The translations under genes were made by a program, and so were the position numbers. Below the pieces are notes generated by a model. That model was not told the DNA's origin, searched no databases, and worked only from the letters and a program-made list of their open reading frames with translations. A DNA stretch of 64,000 bases. Source: Candidatus Saccharimonadia bacterium (GTDB taxonomy: Bacteria; Patescibacteriota; SICC01). The stretch lies in contig JANWJF010000001.1 in the NCBI GenBank assembly GCA_025449535.1, forward strand, positions 303,344 to 367,343, in the 5' to 3' direction. Numbering within the stretch: position 1 is the first letter of the stretch; every line of letters starts with the position of its first letter. This document shows, in pieces, positions 44,045 to 53,625 of this stretch.

Positions 44045-45187
44045 TCAGAGCCCGAGCTTGTCCAGGAAGCCCTTCTTCGGCTTGGGTCCTTCCTTCTTCC
44101 CGAGCTCCTCGACCAACCGCTTTTCCTCGGCCGTCAGCTTCTTCGGCACGGAGACGTGGACCGTCACCTTGAGGTCGCCCGCGCCGGCCGCGTTCAGCTT
44201 GGGCATGCCCGCCCCCTTGATCGTGAACGTCTCGCCGCTCTGGGTGCCGGCCGATATCTTGAGCTCCGTCTTGCCGGTGGCCGTCGGTACCTCGACCCGG
44301 TCGCCGAGCACGGCCTGCGGGAAGCTGATCGGGACGGTCACGCCGAGCGTAAAACCGTTACGCTCGAACATCTTCGACGGCTTCACGTGGACGATCACGT
44401 AGGCGTGGCCGGACGGCGCGCCGCGCTGACCCGCCTCGCCGGCGCCCTGGATCCGGATCGTCTGACCCTCGTCGATGCCGGGCGGGATCTCCACGGTCAG
44501 CGTCTCCTTCTTCTGCTTCCGGCCTTCGCCGCCGCAATCCGGGCACGGCTTCTCCGGCCGCTTGCCCTCGCCATGGCACTCCGGGCACTCCGTGACCTGT
44601 GCCATCGTGCCCAGCACCGTCCGCCGGGTGACCTGGACCTGCCCCTGGCCGCCACAGCGTTCGCAGGTGACGATCTTCGCTCCCTTCGCCGCGCCGGTGC
44701 CGCCGCAGGTCTCGCAGGTCGTCCGCCGGTCGATCGTGAGCTCCTTGGTCGTGCCTTTGACGGCCTCGTCGAAGCCGATGGTGACCGTCATCTGGAGGTC
44801 GGAGCCGCGGGACGGTCCGCGCTGCCGCGTGCCGCCGCCGAACCCGCCGGTGAACATCTGCTCGAAAATGTCGCCGAGGTTGCCGAAGTCGAATCCCTGG
44901 GCATTGAAGTCGTTCGGATTGAATCCGCCGAATCCCGCGCCGCCCGGCCCACCGCCGGCGCCCTGGGCACCGGTTTTGCCGAACTGGTCGTAGGCCGACC
45001 GCTTCTGCTGGTCGGACAGCACCTCGTAGGCTTCCTGTACCTCTTTGAACTTGCGTTCGTCTTCCTTGGTACCGCCCTTGTCCGGGTGGTACTTGTGGGC
45101 GAGCTTCCGGTACGCCTTTTTGATGTCGGCGACGGAGGCGTCCTTGCCGACGCCCAAGATATCGTAATAATCCCTGCTGGTAGGCAT
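44045..45187 (-). CDS. dnaJ: Chaperone DnaJ (J domain, G/F region, four CxxCxGxG zinc-finger repeats, C-terminal domains).
   Basis: DYYDILGV...HPDK, Gly/Phe-rich linker, CETCGGTG / CERCGGQG / CPECHGEG / CPDCGGEG. Confidence 0.95.
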   Translation of the reverse strand: MPTSRDYYDILGVGKDASVADIKKAYRKLAHKYHPDKGGTKEDERKFKEVQEAYEVLSDQQKRSAYDQFGKTGAQGAGGGPGGAGFGGFNPNDFNAQGFDFGNLGDIFEQMFTGGFGGGTRQRGPSRGSDLQMTVTIGFDEAVKGTTKELTIDRRTTCETCGGTGAAKGAKIVTCERCGGQGQVQVTRRTVLGTMAQVTECPECHGEGKRPEKPCPDCGGEGRKQKKETLTVEIPPGIDEGQTIRIQGAGEAGQRGAPSGHAYVIVHVKPSKMFERNGFTLGVTVPISFPQAVLGDRVEVPTATGKTELKISAGTQSGETFTIKGAGMPKLNAAGAGDLKVTVHVSVPKKLTAEEKRLVEELGKKEGPKPKKGFLDKLGL

Positions 45188-45226
45188 AGCGTTCCCAGTC
45201 TACGGAAAAACCGCCGCGCAGTCAGG

Positions 45227-46264
45227 TCAGAACGGCAAGCCGAGGATCTTCGGGTCCACTACCATCCCGAACAGCATCCCGACCACCAGCGCCGCCAGGA
45301 CCATCAGCACGATGATGATGTTCTTCACGGACGCCGAGGCGTAGCTGGCGTAGGCCGCCAGGTTGGGCGGCTTGATTGAGCCGGCGATCATACCGATCAC
45401 GAATCCAGTGAACGCGCTCCAGCCGAAGGCGGCAGCGGGTTGGCCGGAAGCGGTCAGGATCACGCCGAGTCCGGCGCCGACGAACGCGCCCACTGCGCCG
45501 ACCTCGGCGCCCCGGACCAGCGTGTAGAACAGGTTGAACCGGCCGGCCCCGGAGCGGAGCTTGTCGACCGTGTCGCCGTCGGAACCGGCCACCGCGCCGG
45601 CCAGCACGCCGAGCAGGATTAGCGGCAGGGTGAACGCCTTGGTATCCGCGGCGGCGTCGATCGATCCGCCGAGCAGCCCGCCGTAGTACGCCAGGCCGAG
45701 GCTCATCAGGATCGTCCGCGCCAAGGTGTAGCTCCGTCCCAGCCAGCCCGTCCCCAGGAACGACTCCACCTTGAAGTTGTAGTCCGCTCCCCACAGCAAG
45801 CCGACCAAGAGGCCCGGGATCGCGCCCTGCACCGCTTCCGACACAAGCAGCTTGGATTCGGTCAGGAATCCGAGCGCCGCCGCTAGCAGACCGCCGGCCA
45901 GCGCCGCGATCAGCCCGAACATGAACGTCCGGAGCAACGCCGCGCGGAGCAACGCCCGGCGGTACGGGCTTTCCGCCGCCGCCGCCTCGGCCTGGGTCGC
46001 CCCGGACGGAGCGCCGCCGGCCGGGGCGGGTCCGCCATGCCGGACACCGGTATCGGAGAGCGACTGGTCGTAGTCGGCACGCTTCAGTGAATCCGACAGC
46101 GTGCCATACGCCTCGTTGATCTTCTTGAACCGCTCCTCAGCCTCCGGTCCTTTGTTGACGTCGGGATGGTACTCTCGCGCCAACGTCCGGTACGCCTTCT
46201 TGATGTCGTCTTCCGTGGCTGTCCGTGAGACGCCGAGAATGCCGTAATAGGTTTCCTTCGCCAT
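45227..46264 (-). CDS. J-domain protein fused to a Gly/Ala/Leu-rich polytopic membrane domain. A DnaJ-like membrane co-chaperone.
   Basis: N-terminal J domain ([34 protein letters not shown]) followed by about 250 aa of hydrophobic helices. Confidence 0.8.
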   Translation of the reverse strand: MAKETYYGILGVSRTATEDDIKKAYRTLAREYHPDVNKGPEAEERFKKINEAYGTLSDSLKRADYDQSLSDTGVRHGGPAPAGGAPSGATQAEAAAAESPYRRALLRAALLRTFMFGLIAALAGGLLAAALGFLTESKLLVSEAVQGAIPGLLVGLLWGADYNFKVESFLGTGWLGRSYTLARTILMSLGLAYYGGLLGGSIDAAADTKAFTLPLILLGVLAGAVAGSDGDTVDKLRSGAGRFNLFYTLVRGAEVGAVGAFVGAGLGVILTASGQPAAAFGWSAFTGFVIGMIAGSIKPPNLAAYASYASASVKNIIIVLMVLAALVVGMLFGMVVDPKILGLPF

Positions 46265-46274
46265 TACTTACAGC

Positions 46275-46706
46275 CTACCGTACTTGGCCGGGCCATTTGA
46301 TCGCCGGGCTATAGGTCTCGTGGTTCCGCGCGTAACACAGACGGCCGAGCCCGACCAGGATCGTCGCGTCGATCCGTAACCCATGTTCCTCGCTGGCACC
46401 GAACAGTTCGCGGAGCCGTTCGGAGAGCCGGACTTTGGTAGGAGGATTTTCCTCGCGTAAGAACGGGACCCCCGCATCCCGGAACGTTTGCCCCATGAGC
46501 GATCCTCTCCTGATCTTTCGGTCGATCGCCGGGTAGGCAGCGGCGCCCGCCGGGTCGAACGAGACGACCGCGTATTCCAGGACTTGCCCGGTGCGCCGTA
46601 CCTTGACCGCTACTTCGCGCCGTCGGCGGGTCTGCGAGAGCACCTCGGCATGCACCGGTCCGAACTGGGCTTCCATGATATCGGTCGTGAGTAAGTAAGG
46701 ATTCAT
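46275..46706 (-). CDS. Hypothetical protein (143 aa), downstream partner of the oxygenase/FolE genes.
   Basis: ORF with high GC3, 10 nt after the upstream gene. Confidence 0.45.
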   Translation of the reverse strand: MNPYLLTTDIMEAQFGPVHAEVLSQTRRRREVAVKVRRTGQVLEYAVVSFDPAGAAAYPAIDRKIRRGSLMGQTFRDAGVPFLREENPPTKVRLSERLRELFGASEEHGLRIDATILVGLGRLCYARNHETYSPAIKWPGQVR

Positions 46707-46715
46707 AGTTAGTCA

Positions 46716-47354
46716 TTATGCTGGTGCTTCCATCCGGAACACCAGTGCCGTGCGACTGCCTCCCGCGTTGCCACCGCTGACCTGGTGGAGCGGCCGGCCG
46801 TCCTCCATCCCCGCGAATCCCGGGGCGCGCATCAGCATCAGGTCCCCCGGCGTGGTCTCCCAGCTGCGTATGATCGGCGCGGCGCGGCGCGCGTTCACCA
46901 CCTTGTGCGAGGGCAGCTTCCGTTTCGGATCCGGGTCCTCGACAAGCGAGAACTCGGCCGATCCGTGGACGGTCAGGGCCGCGATCAGGACGCGGTACTT
47001 CTTGAGGTCGTAATGCGGCGTGATCCCGACCTCCCCCGCCGCGTAACGGTGTACCGACACGTGTTCCGGATCGTAGTCCTCGAACCATTGAAGGCTTTCG
47101 GCGATCGCGCGCACGATCGGATGACGTGGGAACGGCGGATGCAGCTCGTAGCTCTCGATGTTCTGGATCGACCTCCCATAGTCCCGTTCCTGCGGCTCGA
47201 ACTCCGCGGCGGCCAGCTCTACCAGTAAGGGATGGAGCAGCTCCTCGGGAACGTAGCCCGGCAAGAACGCCGCCCCGTCGCGCCGCAGGCCTACCCAGGC
47301 CTCCGCGAACGTCCCGCGTTCGGGCAGCGGGAACTCGGCCTGTCGGTCAGGTAC
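46716..47354 (-). CDS. Fe(II)/2-oxoglutarate-dependent oxygenase-like protein.
   Basis: HxD...H triad candidates (ITPHYD ... LTVHGSAEF). The ORF-track N-terminus is Arg/Ser-rich junk, so the start is trimmed to a GTG at about 47354 that overlaps the folE stop by 8 nt. The start is uncertain. Confidence 0.45.
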   Translation of the reverse strand, partial: VPDRQAEFPLPERGTFAEAWVGLRRDGAAFLPGYVPEELLHPLLVELAAAEFEPQERDYGRSIQNIESYELHPPFPRHPIVRAIAESLQWFEDYDPEHVSVHRYAAGEVGITPHYDLKKYRVLIAALTVHGSAEFSLVEDPDPKRKLPSHKVVNARRAAPIIRSWETTPGDLMLMRAPGFAGMEDGRPLHQVSGGNAGGSRTALVFRMEAPA

Positions 47355-47826
47355 GGTATCGGTCCCCCTTTCTCGATTCGACGGTCTTCGTGACGATACC
47401 CGCCTGCCGCACGCCGCGCATCCGCATACAGAAGTGCTCCGCCGCGACCTCGACCCGCAACGCTCTCGGCTCCAGGGTCCGTTCCAACGCATCGGAAATC
47501 TGCCGGGTCAGCCGTTCCTGCGTCTGCAGGCGTCGGCCGAAGATCGAGACGACCCTCGCGAACTTCGACAGGCCGAGGATCCGGTCTGCCGGTTCGTACC
47601 GGACGGTCACCTCGCCCGCGAACGGCAGGACGTGGTGCTGGCACAGGCTCGTGAACGGGATCGGCCCGACCGTCAGCTCGCCGGAGAACCCGGCGGCGTC
47701 GAAGGTCCGGACCTGGTCCTCGGTCCGTTCCCGGTACCCGCCGACCAGCTCGCGATACGAATCCGCCACGCGGGCGGGCGTGGCGTCGGGTAATTCTGAT
47801 TGGGGAACTCCGGAGCGTTGCAGCAA
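47347..47826 (-). CDS. folE: GTP cyclohydrolase I (FolE, type I).
   Basis: CQHHVLPF...GLSKFARVVSIFGRRLQTQERLTRQISDAL is the conserved FolE active-site region. Confidence 0.8.
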   Translation of the reverse strand: MLQRSGVPQSELPDATPARVADSYRELVGGYRERTEDQVRTFDAAGFSGELTVGPIPFTSLCQHHVLPFAGEVTVRYEPADRILGLSKFARVVSIFGRRLQTQERLTRQISDALERTLEPRALRVEVAAEHFCMRMRGVRQAGIVTKTVESRKGDRYRT

Positions 47827-47964
47827 TTCGCGGACGAGATCCGCGGTCGAAAGGAAGTTCAGCTTGGCGTGTGCGTGCCCATTGAAAGTATCTCCAGCTT
47901 ACCATGGCGCTTCGTGCGAGGGACCTCGTACGGTACGCTTATTGGACGGGGGCAAGGATACGTC

Positions 47965-48834
47965 ATGCCCAAGAAGCCCCAAAAAGACCTGTTTTCCGAC
48001 GCTGCCGTCCCCGAGACGGAAGCTCTGGCCGCCGACCGGCGGCAGGCGGAGCTATGGGAGTACGCCGAACTGCCGCTAGGGGCCTCGGTGGCACGGGTCC
48101 TCCGCGAGACCCCGACCCGAGAATGCTTACGTCATGCCAGGATGGCGCTCCGGGCCGGAGCCCCGGAACTAGCGTACGAGATTTACCGCGTCGCGATCGA
48201 ACATGCGTGGGGCTTCGAGAAGACGGCCGGCGAGCATGATCCGGTCGAACGGGCCTGGGGCCACGCGGGATGCGCCGCCTGCTGCGAAAAGCTCGGCTGG
48301 TCCGGACTGAAGGAGGACCACCTGCTGCTCGGATTGCAGGACCTGGCCATCGGGACCCAGGGACGGCATCCCCGCTACCGCCACGTATTGCCCGCCCGGG
48401 ACATCGAGCAGGACCGGTACGCCGCCCGGGTCTGCTTCGTGGCCGTGAAGCTGACGGGCGACGGCGCGGTATACGAGCGGTACGAGGAGATCTGCGAAGC
48501 GCTCCAGGACTTTTGGACGAAGCGGTACCGCGGATCCAACGCCGAGCAGGAACTGTACGACCGGATCGGCGAAGTCTCTCAGTGGGCCGAATGGACGAAC
48601 CGCTCCGACGAGCCCGGGCAGAAGACGATCTTTCCCGAAAGCGAGGCGCACCGCACGCCGCAACGACAGCGCGAGCCCTCGGAACTGATCAGGAGCGAAT
48701 CGGCGGACCGGGCGGACGGTCCCGTGCCGCAGCTCGAGCTGTTCGAACGCGCGGAGCTCCCAGCCTTGAACCACGTATCCACCGCACTAGAGCAGGCGGA
48801 GGGAGCGGAGCCGGCCGGGCCCGACGGCGGATGA
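47965..48834 (+). CDS. Hypothetical protein (about 290 aa).
   Basis: ORF trimmed to the ATG at 47965 (MPKKPQ...). No domain recognised. Confidence 0.45.
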   Translation: MPKKPQKDLFSDAAVPETEALAADRRQAELWEYAELPLGASVARVLRETPTRECLRHARMALRAGAPELAYEIYRVAIEHAWGFEKTAGEHDPVERAWGHAGCAACCEKLGWSGLKEDHLLLGLQDLAIGTQGRHPRYRHVLPARDIEQDRYAARVCFVAVKLTGDGAVYERYEEICEALQDFWTKRYRGSNAEQELYDRIGEVSQWAEWTNRSDEPGQKTIFPESEAHRTPQRQREPSELIRSESADRADGPVPQLELFERAELPALNHVSTALEQAEGAEPAGPDGG

Positions 48835-48838
48835 CGCC

Positions 48839-49471
48839 CTAGGGCCGCTTCGACTGCTTCTTGAAGTCTATCGCCTCGGTCTCGGCGTTCACGTAGATCT
48901 CCAACCGGGCCTTGGTGCCATCCCCGGCGTCGTACTGGAAGAACCACTGCAAGGGGTGGGCGCCGACCTTGGAAAGCTGCTGGAGCAACGTATAGCCGGC
49001 CAGGTGCTGCTCGCGGAAGGCCTCGCCGCCGGCTTCCTCGGCGAGCCGCAACGCATCGTCCGGCGCCACCTTCCACTGGGCCACGTTAATCGGGTTGAAG
49101 AGCAGCTCGAACGGCTGCTTCTTCGTCGTGCGTTCGCTGACGTCGTCGCCCTGATAGACCACCTCGAATGTCGACTTGGGATCGGCCAGGGAAGAGAACG
49201 CGTACATCAGCGGCGTCGGTGAGGACGGCGCCAGGGTTCCCGAGAATTTCCGGTGGACACGGACCAGTTCCGCGTTGCTCTGCCAGCGCTTGGCGCGTTC
49301 CAGCGACTCGGTGTAGCGTTCCTTCGATTGCTCGATCGGGCTTGGCGTCTTGGTCGCGATCACGTCCGGGGACGGCTTGTCATCCGGCTGCTTGCCGCAA
49401 CCGGCGATGCCGAGTGCCGCCGCCGCCGCGACGGTGATTCCGGTGATGCGCGCTGCCTCCCTTATCCGCAT
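48839..49471 (-). CDS. Lipoprotein (signal peptide with lipobox LGIAGC), hypothetical.
   Basis: MRIREAARITGITVAAAAALGIAGCGK is a type II signal. Confidence 0.6.
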   Translation of the reverse strand: MRIREAARITGITVAAAAALGIAGCGKQPDDKPSPDVIATKTPSPIEQSKERYTESLERAKRWQSNAELVRVHRKFSGTLAPSSPTPLMYAFSSLADPKSTFEVVYQGDDVSERTTKKQPFELLFNPINVAQWKVAPDDALRLAEEAGGEAFREQHLAGYTLLQQLSKVGAHPLQWFFQYDAGDGTKARLEIYVNAETEAIDFKKQSKRP

Positions 49472-49527
49472 GGGATTATCGTATCTCGCGGTCCGGTGCT
49501 CGGCGAGCGCCGGACCGCTGCGACCGG

Positions 49528-51534
49528 TTACTTCTGCTCTTCCTTGCCGTCCGCCTCGGACGTGTCATCCTCGGGCTTCGCGTCGTCCGAGCCGGACTGG
49601 TCGTCGGAAGCGTCGGCGTCGGAACCATCGGACGCGCCTTCTGATCCATCGTCCGTGCTCTGGTCGGCCGAGGTCGTATGGTCCACGCCGTCTCCGGAGG
49701 ACTCTTCCGTCTGTCCCTGCTCAGTGCCACCACTCTGCTGGTAGATCGCTGCGCCAACCTTCTGGATCGACTCGGACAGCTCGTTCGTCTTCGTCTTGAT
49801 CGCCTCGACGTCCTCGCCGTCCATTACCTCGCGAAGCGCTTTGATCTTCTCGTCGACCTCGTTCTTATCGGTCTCCGAGACCTTGGCGCCGGCGTCCTTG
49901 ACCGTCTTCTCGCTGGAATACACGAGATTGTCGGCCGCGTTCCGGGCTTCGATCAGTTCCGCCTTCTTGGCGTCGTCGGACTCGTGCTCCTGCGCCTCCT
50001 TGCGCATGTTCTCGACCTCCGTGTCGGAAAGGCCGCTGGAGCCCTGGATCGTGATCTTCTGCTCCTTGCCGGTGCCCTTGTCCTTGGCAGAGACGTTCAG
50101 GATGCCGTTGGCATCGATGTCGAAGGTGACCTCGATCTGCGGCACGCCGCGCGGGGCCGGCGGGATTCCGTCCAGTACGAACCGTCCGAGCGACTTGTTG
50201 TCCCCGGACATCTTGCGTTCGCCCTGGAGGACGTGGACGTCCACCGAGTTCTGGTTGTCGGCCGCTGTCGAGAAGACTTGGCTCTTGCTGGTCGGGACGG
50301 TGGTGTTCCGTTCGATCAGCGGCGTGGACACGCCGCCGAGCGTCTCAATTCCGAGCGTCAGCGGGGTTACGTCCAGAAGCAGCAGGTCCTTCACGTCGCC
50401 GGAGAGGACGCCGCCCTGGATGGCCGCGCCGAGCGCGACCGCCTCGTCGGGATTCACGTTCTGGTTCGGCTCCTTGCCAAAAATCTCCTTCACCGCCGCG
50501 TGGACCGCCGGCATCCGGGTCATGCCGCCGACCAGGATCACCTCGTCGATGTCGCTGGTCTTGAGACTCGCGTCCTCGAGCGCCTTCTTGCAGGGCTCCT
50601 GGGTCCGCTTCACGAGGTCCGCGGTGAGCTGCTCGAGCTTCGCCCGGGTCAGCGTCAGGTTGAGGTGCTTGGGACCGGAGTCGTCCGCGGTGATAAACGG
50701 GATGTTGATCTCGGATTCGCCGGTGGTGGAGAGCTCGATCTTCGCCTTCTCCGCGGCTTCCTTGAGCCGCTGCAGGGCCTGCCGGTCCTGCGACAGGTCC
50801 ACTCCCTGGTCCTTCTTGAACTCCGCCACCAGGTGGTCGATGATCGCCTGGTCGAAGTCGTCGCCGCCGAGGTGGGTGTCGCCGTTAGTCGACTTCACCT
50901 CGAAGACCCCGTCGCCGAGCTCCAGGATGGTGATGTCGAAGGTCCCGCCGCCGAGGTCGAACACGGCGATCTTCTCTTCCTTCTTCTTATCGAGTCCGTA
51001 GGCCAGCGAGCTCGCCGTCGGCTCGTTGATGATCCGCTTCACGTTCAGTCCGGCGATCTTGCCGGCGTCCTTGGTGGCGTTCCGCTGCGAGTCGTTGAAG
51101 TACGCCGGAACGGTCACCACCGCGTCGGTGACCTTCTCTCCGAGGTACGCTTCGGCGTCCGTCTTGATCTTCTGCAGGATCATCGCGGAGATCTCCTGCG
51201 GCGAGTAGGACTTCTCGCCCATCTTCACCTTCACGTCGCCGTTGGACGCCTCCTCCAGCTTGTACGGAAGCAGCTTCGCCTCCTTCTGGACGATCGGGTC
51301 CTTGAACTTCCGGCCCATCAGCCGCTTCACGGAGAATATCGTGTTCTCCGGGTTGGTGACCTGCTGCCGCCGGGCGACCTGCCCGACCAGCCGTTCCTTG
51401 TTCTTCCCGAGCGCGACGACGGACGGGGTCAGCCGGCCGCCTTCCTTGTTCGGGATGATCTTCGACTCGCCGCCCTCAAGCACGGCCGCCGCCGAGTTGG
51501 TGGTACCGAGGTCGATACCGATGATTTTAGTCAT
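49528..51534 (-). CDS. dnaK: Chaperone DnaK (Hsp70) with an acidic Asp/Ser/Glu-rich C-terminal tail.
   Basis: [41 protein letters not shown]. The SD AAAGGAG lies within the 3' end of the upstream small gene. Confidence 0.95.
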   Translation of the reverse strand: MTKIIGIDLGTTNSAAAVLEGGESKIIPNKEGGRLTPSVVALGKNKERLVGQVARRQQVTNPENTIFSVKRLMGRKFKDPIVQKEAKLLPYKLEEASNGDVKVKMGEKSYSPQEISAMILQKIKTDAEAYLGEKVTDAVVTVPAYFNDSQRNATKDAGKIAGLNVKRIINEPTASSLAYGLDKKKEEKIAVFDLGGGTFDITILELGDGVFEVKSTNGDTHLGGDDFDQAIIDHLVAEFKKDQGVDLSQDRQALQRLKEAAEKAKIELSTTGESEINIPFITADDSGPKHLNLTLTRAKLEQLTADLVKRTQEPCKKALEDASLKTSDIDEVILVGGMTRMPAVHAAVKEIFGKEPNQNVNPDEAVALGAAIQGGVLSGDVKDLLLLDVTPLTLGIETLGGVSTPLIERNTTVPTSKSQVFSTAADNQNSVDVHVLQGERKMSGDNKSLGRFVLDGIPPAPRGVPQIEVTFDIDANGILNVSAKDKGTGKEQKITIQGSSGLSDTEVENMRKEAQEHESDDAKKAELIEARNAADNLVYSSEKTVKDAGAKVSETDKNEVDEKIKALREVMDGEDVEAIKTKTNELSESIQKVGAAIYQQSGGTEQGQTEESSGDGVDHTTSADQSTDDGSEGASDGSDADASDDQSGSDDAKPEDDTSEADGKEEQK

Positions 51535-51535
51535 A

Positions 51536-51871
51536 TTAACTAGCTCCTTTCTCTAATGGTGCCATGACTCCGAATTCTCTCATGGCCTCAATAATACGAA
51601 TCTTTTGTAATTCCAAACCCTTTCCTGTTCTTTCGGCCTGTTTTAAAGCCGGAATAATTTCTTGAAGACTTCTTGTGAACCTGCCTCCGCCCATTACTTC
51701 ATTCAGGGTAGGGTCACCTCCGGAGTGAGCAGCTTGGCCTACCATTTCTTGGAAGTGTTCTGACCAACTCTGGCCTTTCTCCTTGATTCTTTCTTCAACC
51801 GCTTCTAACAGGGAAGCCACAGCCCGGGCTTCTAGCAGAGCTTCTTCTGATCTTTCACTATCTTCGCTCAT
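51536..51871 (-). CDS. Small protein (111 aa) of unknown function, encoded by a low-GC (about 48%), atypical-codon segment between grpE and dnaK.
   Basis: Overlaps the grpE 3' end by 14 nt and ends 1 nt before the dnaK ATG. AGA/TTA/AAA/ATA codons contrast with the flanking 65% GC genes. Confidence 0.55.
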   Translation of the reverse strand: MSEDSERSEEALLEARAVASLLEAVEERIKEKGQSWSEHFQEMVGQAAHSGGDPTLNEVMGGGRFTRSLQEIIPALKQAERTGKGLELQKIRIIEAMREFGVMAPLEKGAS

Positions 51872-52490
51872 TTTCCTTCTTTCCGCTTGATACTTGCACC
51901 TTCGCCGGGCGGACGACCTTGTCGCCCATCCTGTACCCGGCCGCGAACTCCTTGCTCACGACGTCCTTGTCGTACTCGTCGCTCGGCTCGTGGCCGAGCG
52001 CCTCATGGAGTTCGGGGTCGAACGGCTGCCCGACGGCTTCGACCCGTTCGATCCCGAGTTCCGTGAGAATGTCCGCGAACTGCTTCCGGATGCCTTCGAT
52101 GCCCGCGTACCATTGGTCTCCCTTGATCGCCTCCGGCACATGTTCCGCCGCCCGGTCGAAGTTGTCGATCACCGGCAGCAACTGCACGGCAAGATCGCCG
52201 TGGGCATCCTGGACCATCTGCAGGCGTTCCTTCTCCATCCGCTTCTTGAAGTTCGTGAAGTCGGCCTGGAGCCGCGCCATCTGCCCGCGCAGATCCTCCG
52301 CTTCGGGAGACGGACCGGCGTATCCGGCGGCTTGGTTGGCCTGGTCGGCCGTTTTCCCGGTCCGCTTGTCCGAGTCCTTGGCCGGATCGCGCTCGAGGCG
52401 TTGGCCCTTCTTCTTGATCGTGACCTTCGGACCCTTGGGCTGGTTCTGATCCCCCGGCTCGGAGGCCGGGCGGTGCTTATCCGTAGACAC
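51858..52490 (-). CDS. grpE: Nucleotide exchange factor GrpE with a basic N-terminal extension.
   Basis: RLQADFTNFKKRMEKE, LLPVIDNFDRA, C-terminal beta domain. 14-nt overlap with hrcA. Confidence 0.9.
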   Translation of the reverse strand: MSTDKHRPASEPGDQNQPKGPKVTIKKKGQRLERDPAKDSDKRTGKTADQANQAAGYAGPSPEAEDLRGQMARLQADFTNFKKRMEKERLQMVQDAHGDLAVQLLPVIDNFDRAAEHVPEAIKGDQWYAGIEGIRKQFADILTELGIERVEAVGQPFDPELHEALGHEPSDEYDKDVVSKEFAAGYRMGDKVVRPAKVQVSSGKKENERR

Positions 52491-53181
52491 GGGTAAGCTC
52501 CTTCCTGCCGTAATCGAACAGCGCGGTCAGTCGCTGATATGGCATCCGGGTGGAGCCGATCACGCCGACGCGCGACTCGTAGTGCTTGGCGGACTTCAGC
52601 TTGAGCCCGAGGATCGCGACGGCCCGGGCCCGGAAGTCCTCGTGCTCGGCGCCGATCCGGATGCCCAGCCGGGTGGTCCGGCCCGCCAGCTTCGGGAACC
52701 AGTCCTTCGCCCGATCGAGCAGTTCCGCCAGGTACGACGCCACGTGCGGATCCTGGAATTCCGGTTGGCCGAACACGTTGGCCAGGTTGAACAGCTGCAC
52801 GCCGTCGGCATCCAGATGGATGCCCGCCGCGCCGGCCGTCTCCGACAGCTGCTCGGTCAGTCGTCGGCTGGCCTGTGGAGCGGAGCCGGCCTGCTCGATC
52901 CGGCGCGTCAGCTTCTGCTGCTCGGAGAGGGCCGGATCCTTGGTGGGCGCGCTCTCCATGAACAGCCGGAACGCCCGGTCCGTCGGCACGCGGCCGGCAG
53001 AGACGTGCGGCTGCTCCAGGAAGCCCGCCTCGGTCAGGGCGGCCATCACGTTGCGGATCGTGGCCGGGGACACGCCGAACCCGTACCGTACGCGCAGCAC
53101 CCGCGAACCGACCGGCTGGGCCGAGTTCAGGTACTCGTGGACGATCGCCCGCAATATCTGATTTTCGCGTGCACTGAGCAT
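52477..53181 (-). CDS. hrcA: Heat-inducible transcription repressor HrcA (short form, 234 aa).
   Basis: N-terminal wHTH (LSARENQILRAIVHEYLNSAQPVGSRVL) and C-terminal VGVIGSTRMPYQRL motif. CIRCE lies 24 nt upstream. Confidence 0.8.
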   Translation of the reverse strand: MLSARENQILRAIVHEYLNSAQPVGSRVLRVRYGFGVSPATIRNVMAALTEAGFLEQPHVSAGRVPTDRAFRLFMESAPTKDPALSEQQKLTRRIEQAGSAPQASRRLTEQLSETAGAAGIHLDADGVQLFNLANVFGQPEFQDPHVASYLAELLDRAKDWFPKLAGRTTRLGIRIGAEHEDFRARAVAILGLKLKSAKHYESRVGVIGSTRMPYQRLTALFDYGRKELTRVYG

Positions 53182-53204
53182 GCTAGGGCCAACCTATCAG
53201 ATTC

Positions 53205-53231
53205 TTAGCACTCTGTCAATGAGAGTGCTAA
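53205..53231. promoter_or_regulatory. CIRCE operator (TTAGCACTC-N9-GAGTGCTAA), a perfect match to the consensus, upstream of hrcA-grpE-dnaK.
   Basis: Seen directly: ttagcactc tgtcaatga gagtgctaa. Confidence 0.9.
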
Positions 53232-53321
53232 AAAGCTAAAATACTGGACATGTTGACGTGCCCTAGCCTGCCTGCGCACAATAGGAGCAGCAACAAGGCG
53301 TAACCAAAGGAGGAGTAACTT

Positions 53322-53570
53322 ATGCCGCATCGTACCGTATTTCAGTGGGGAAAGAACCACGCCCATCCGTTCACGACGTTCCTGGGTGGATTCATCGTCG
53401 GAGGACTGGTGGTAGGCGCCGTCGTCTACGCCTGGCAACTGGCCGACGAGACCAGCGACGTCGAGATCGAAAGCACCGTCGTCGAGCCGGTGGTTGACGA
53501 GACGGCCGCTCCGGAAGCGTCCGTCGAGCCGTCGCCGCAGGCCACGGCCGCTGCGGACGTCCAGTTCTGA
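53322..53570 (+). CDS. Small membrane protein (82 aa) with an acidic C-terminal tail.
   Basis: Strong SD AAAGGAGGAG 5 nt upstream of the ATG. One TM helix (FLGGFIVGGLVVGAVVYAW). Confidence 0.65.
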   Translation: MPHRTVFQWGKNHAHPFTTFLGGFIVGGLVVGAVVYAWQLADETSDVEIESTVVEPVVDETAAPEASVEPSPQATAAADVQF

Positions 53571-53592
53571 TTCCGGTTTATCTTGCCTTGAT

Positions 53593-53625
53593 GACAGCCC
53601 GCTTCGGCGGGCTGTCTTAGTTCTG
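53593..53625 (+). terminator. Stem-loop GACAGCCCGC-TTCG-GCGGGCTGTC followed by a T-rich run, between convergent genes. It abuts the lepA stop codon.
   Basis: 10-bp GC-rich perfect stem with a UUCG loop. The T-tract is modest (TTAGTTCTGCTT). Confidence 0.5.

Noticed and set aside
44156-45379. 407-aa plus-strand ORF antisense to dnaJ.
   Set aside because: dnaJ motifs (J domain, four CxxCxGxG) are unambiguous on the minus strand.
46716-47492. Full-length ORF-track model of the oxygenase-like gene (258 aa starting at 47492).
   Set aside because: Its first 45 residues (MRWNGPWSRERCGSRSRRSTSVCGCAACGRR...) are antisense-like and overlap folE on the same strand in another frame. I trimmed it to a GTG near 47354, though the exact start is uncertain.
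49678-51543. 621-aa and 401-aa plus-strand ORFs antisense to dnaK.
   Set aside because: dnaK is unambiguous on the minus strand. The plus-strand ORFs are low-complexity.
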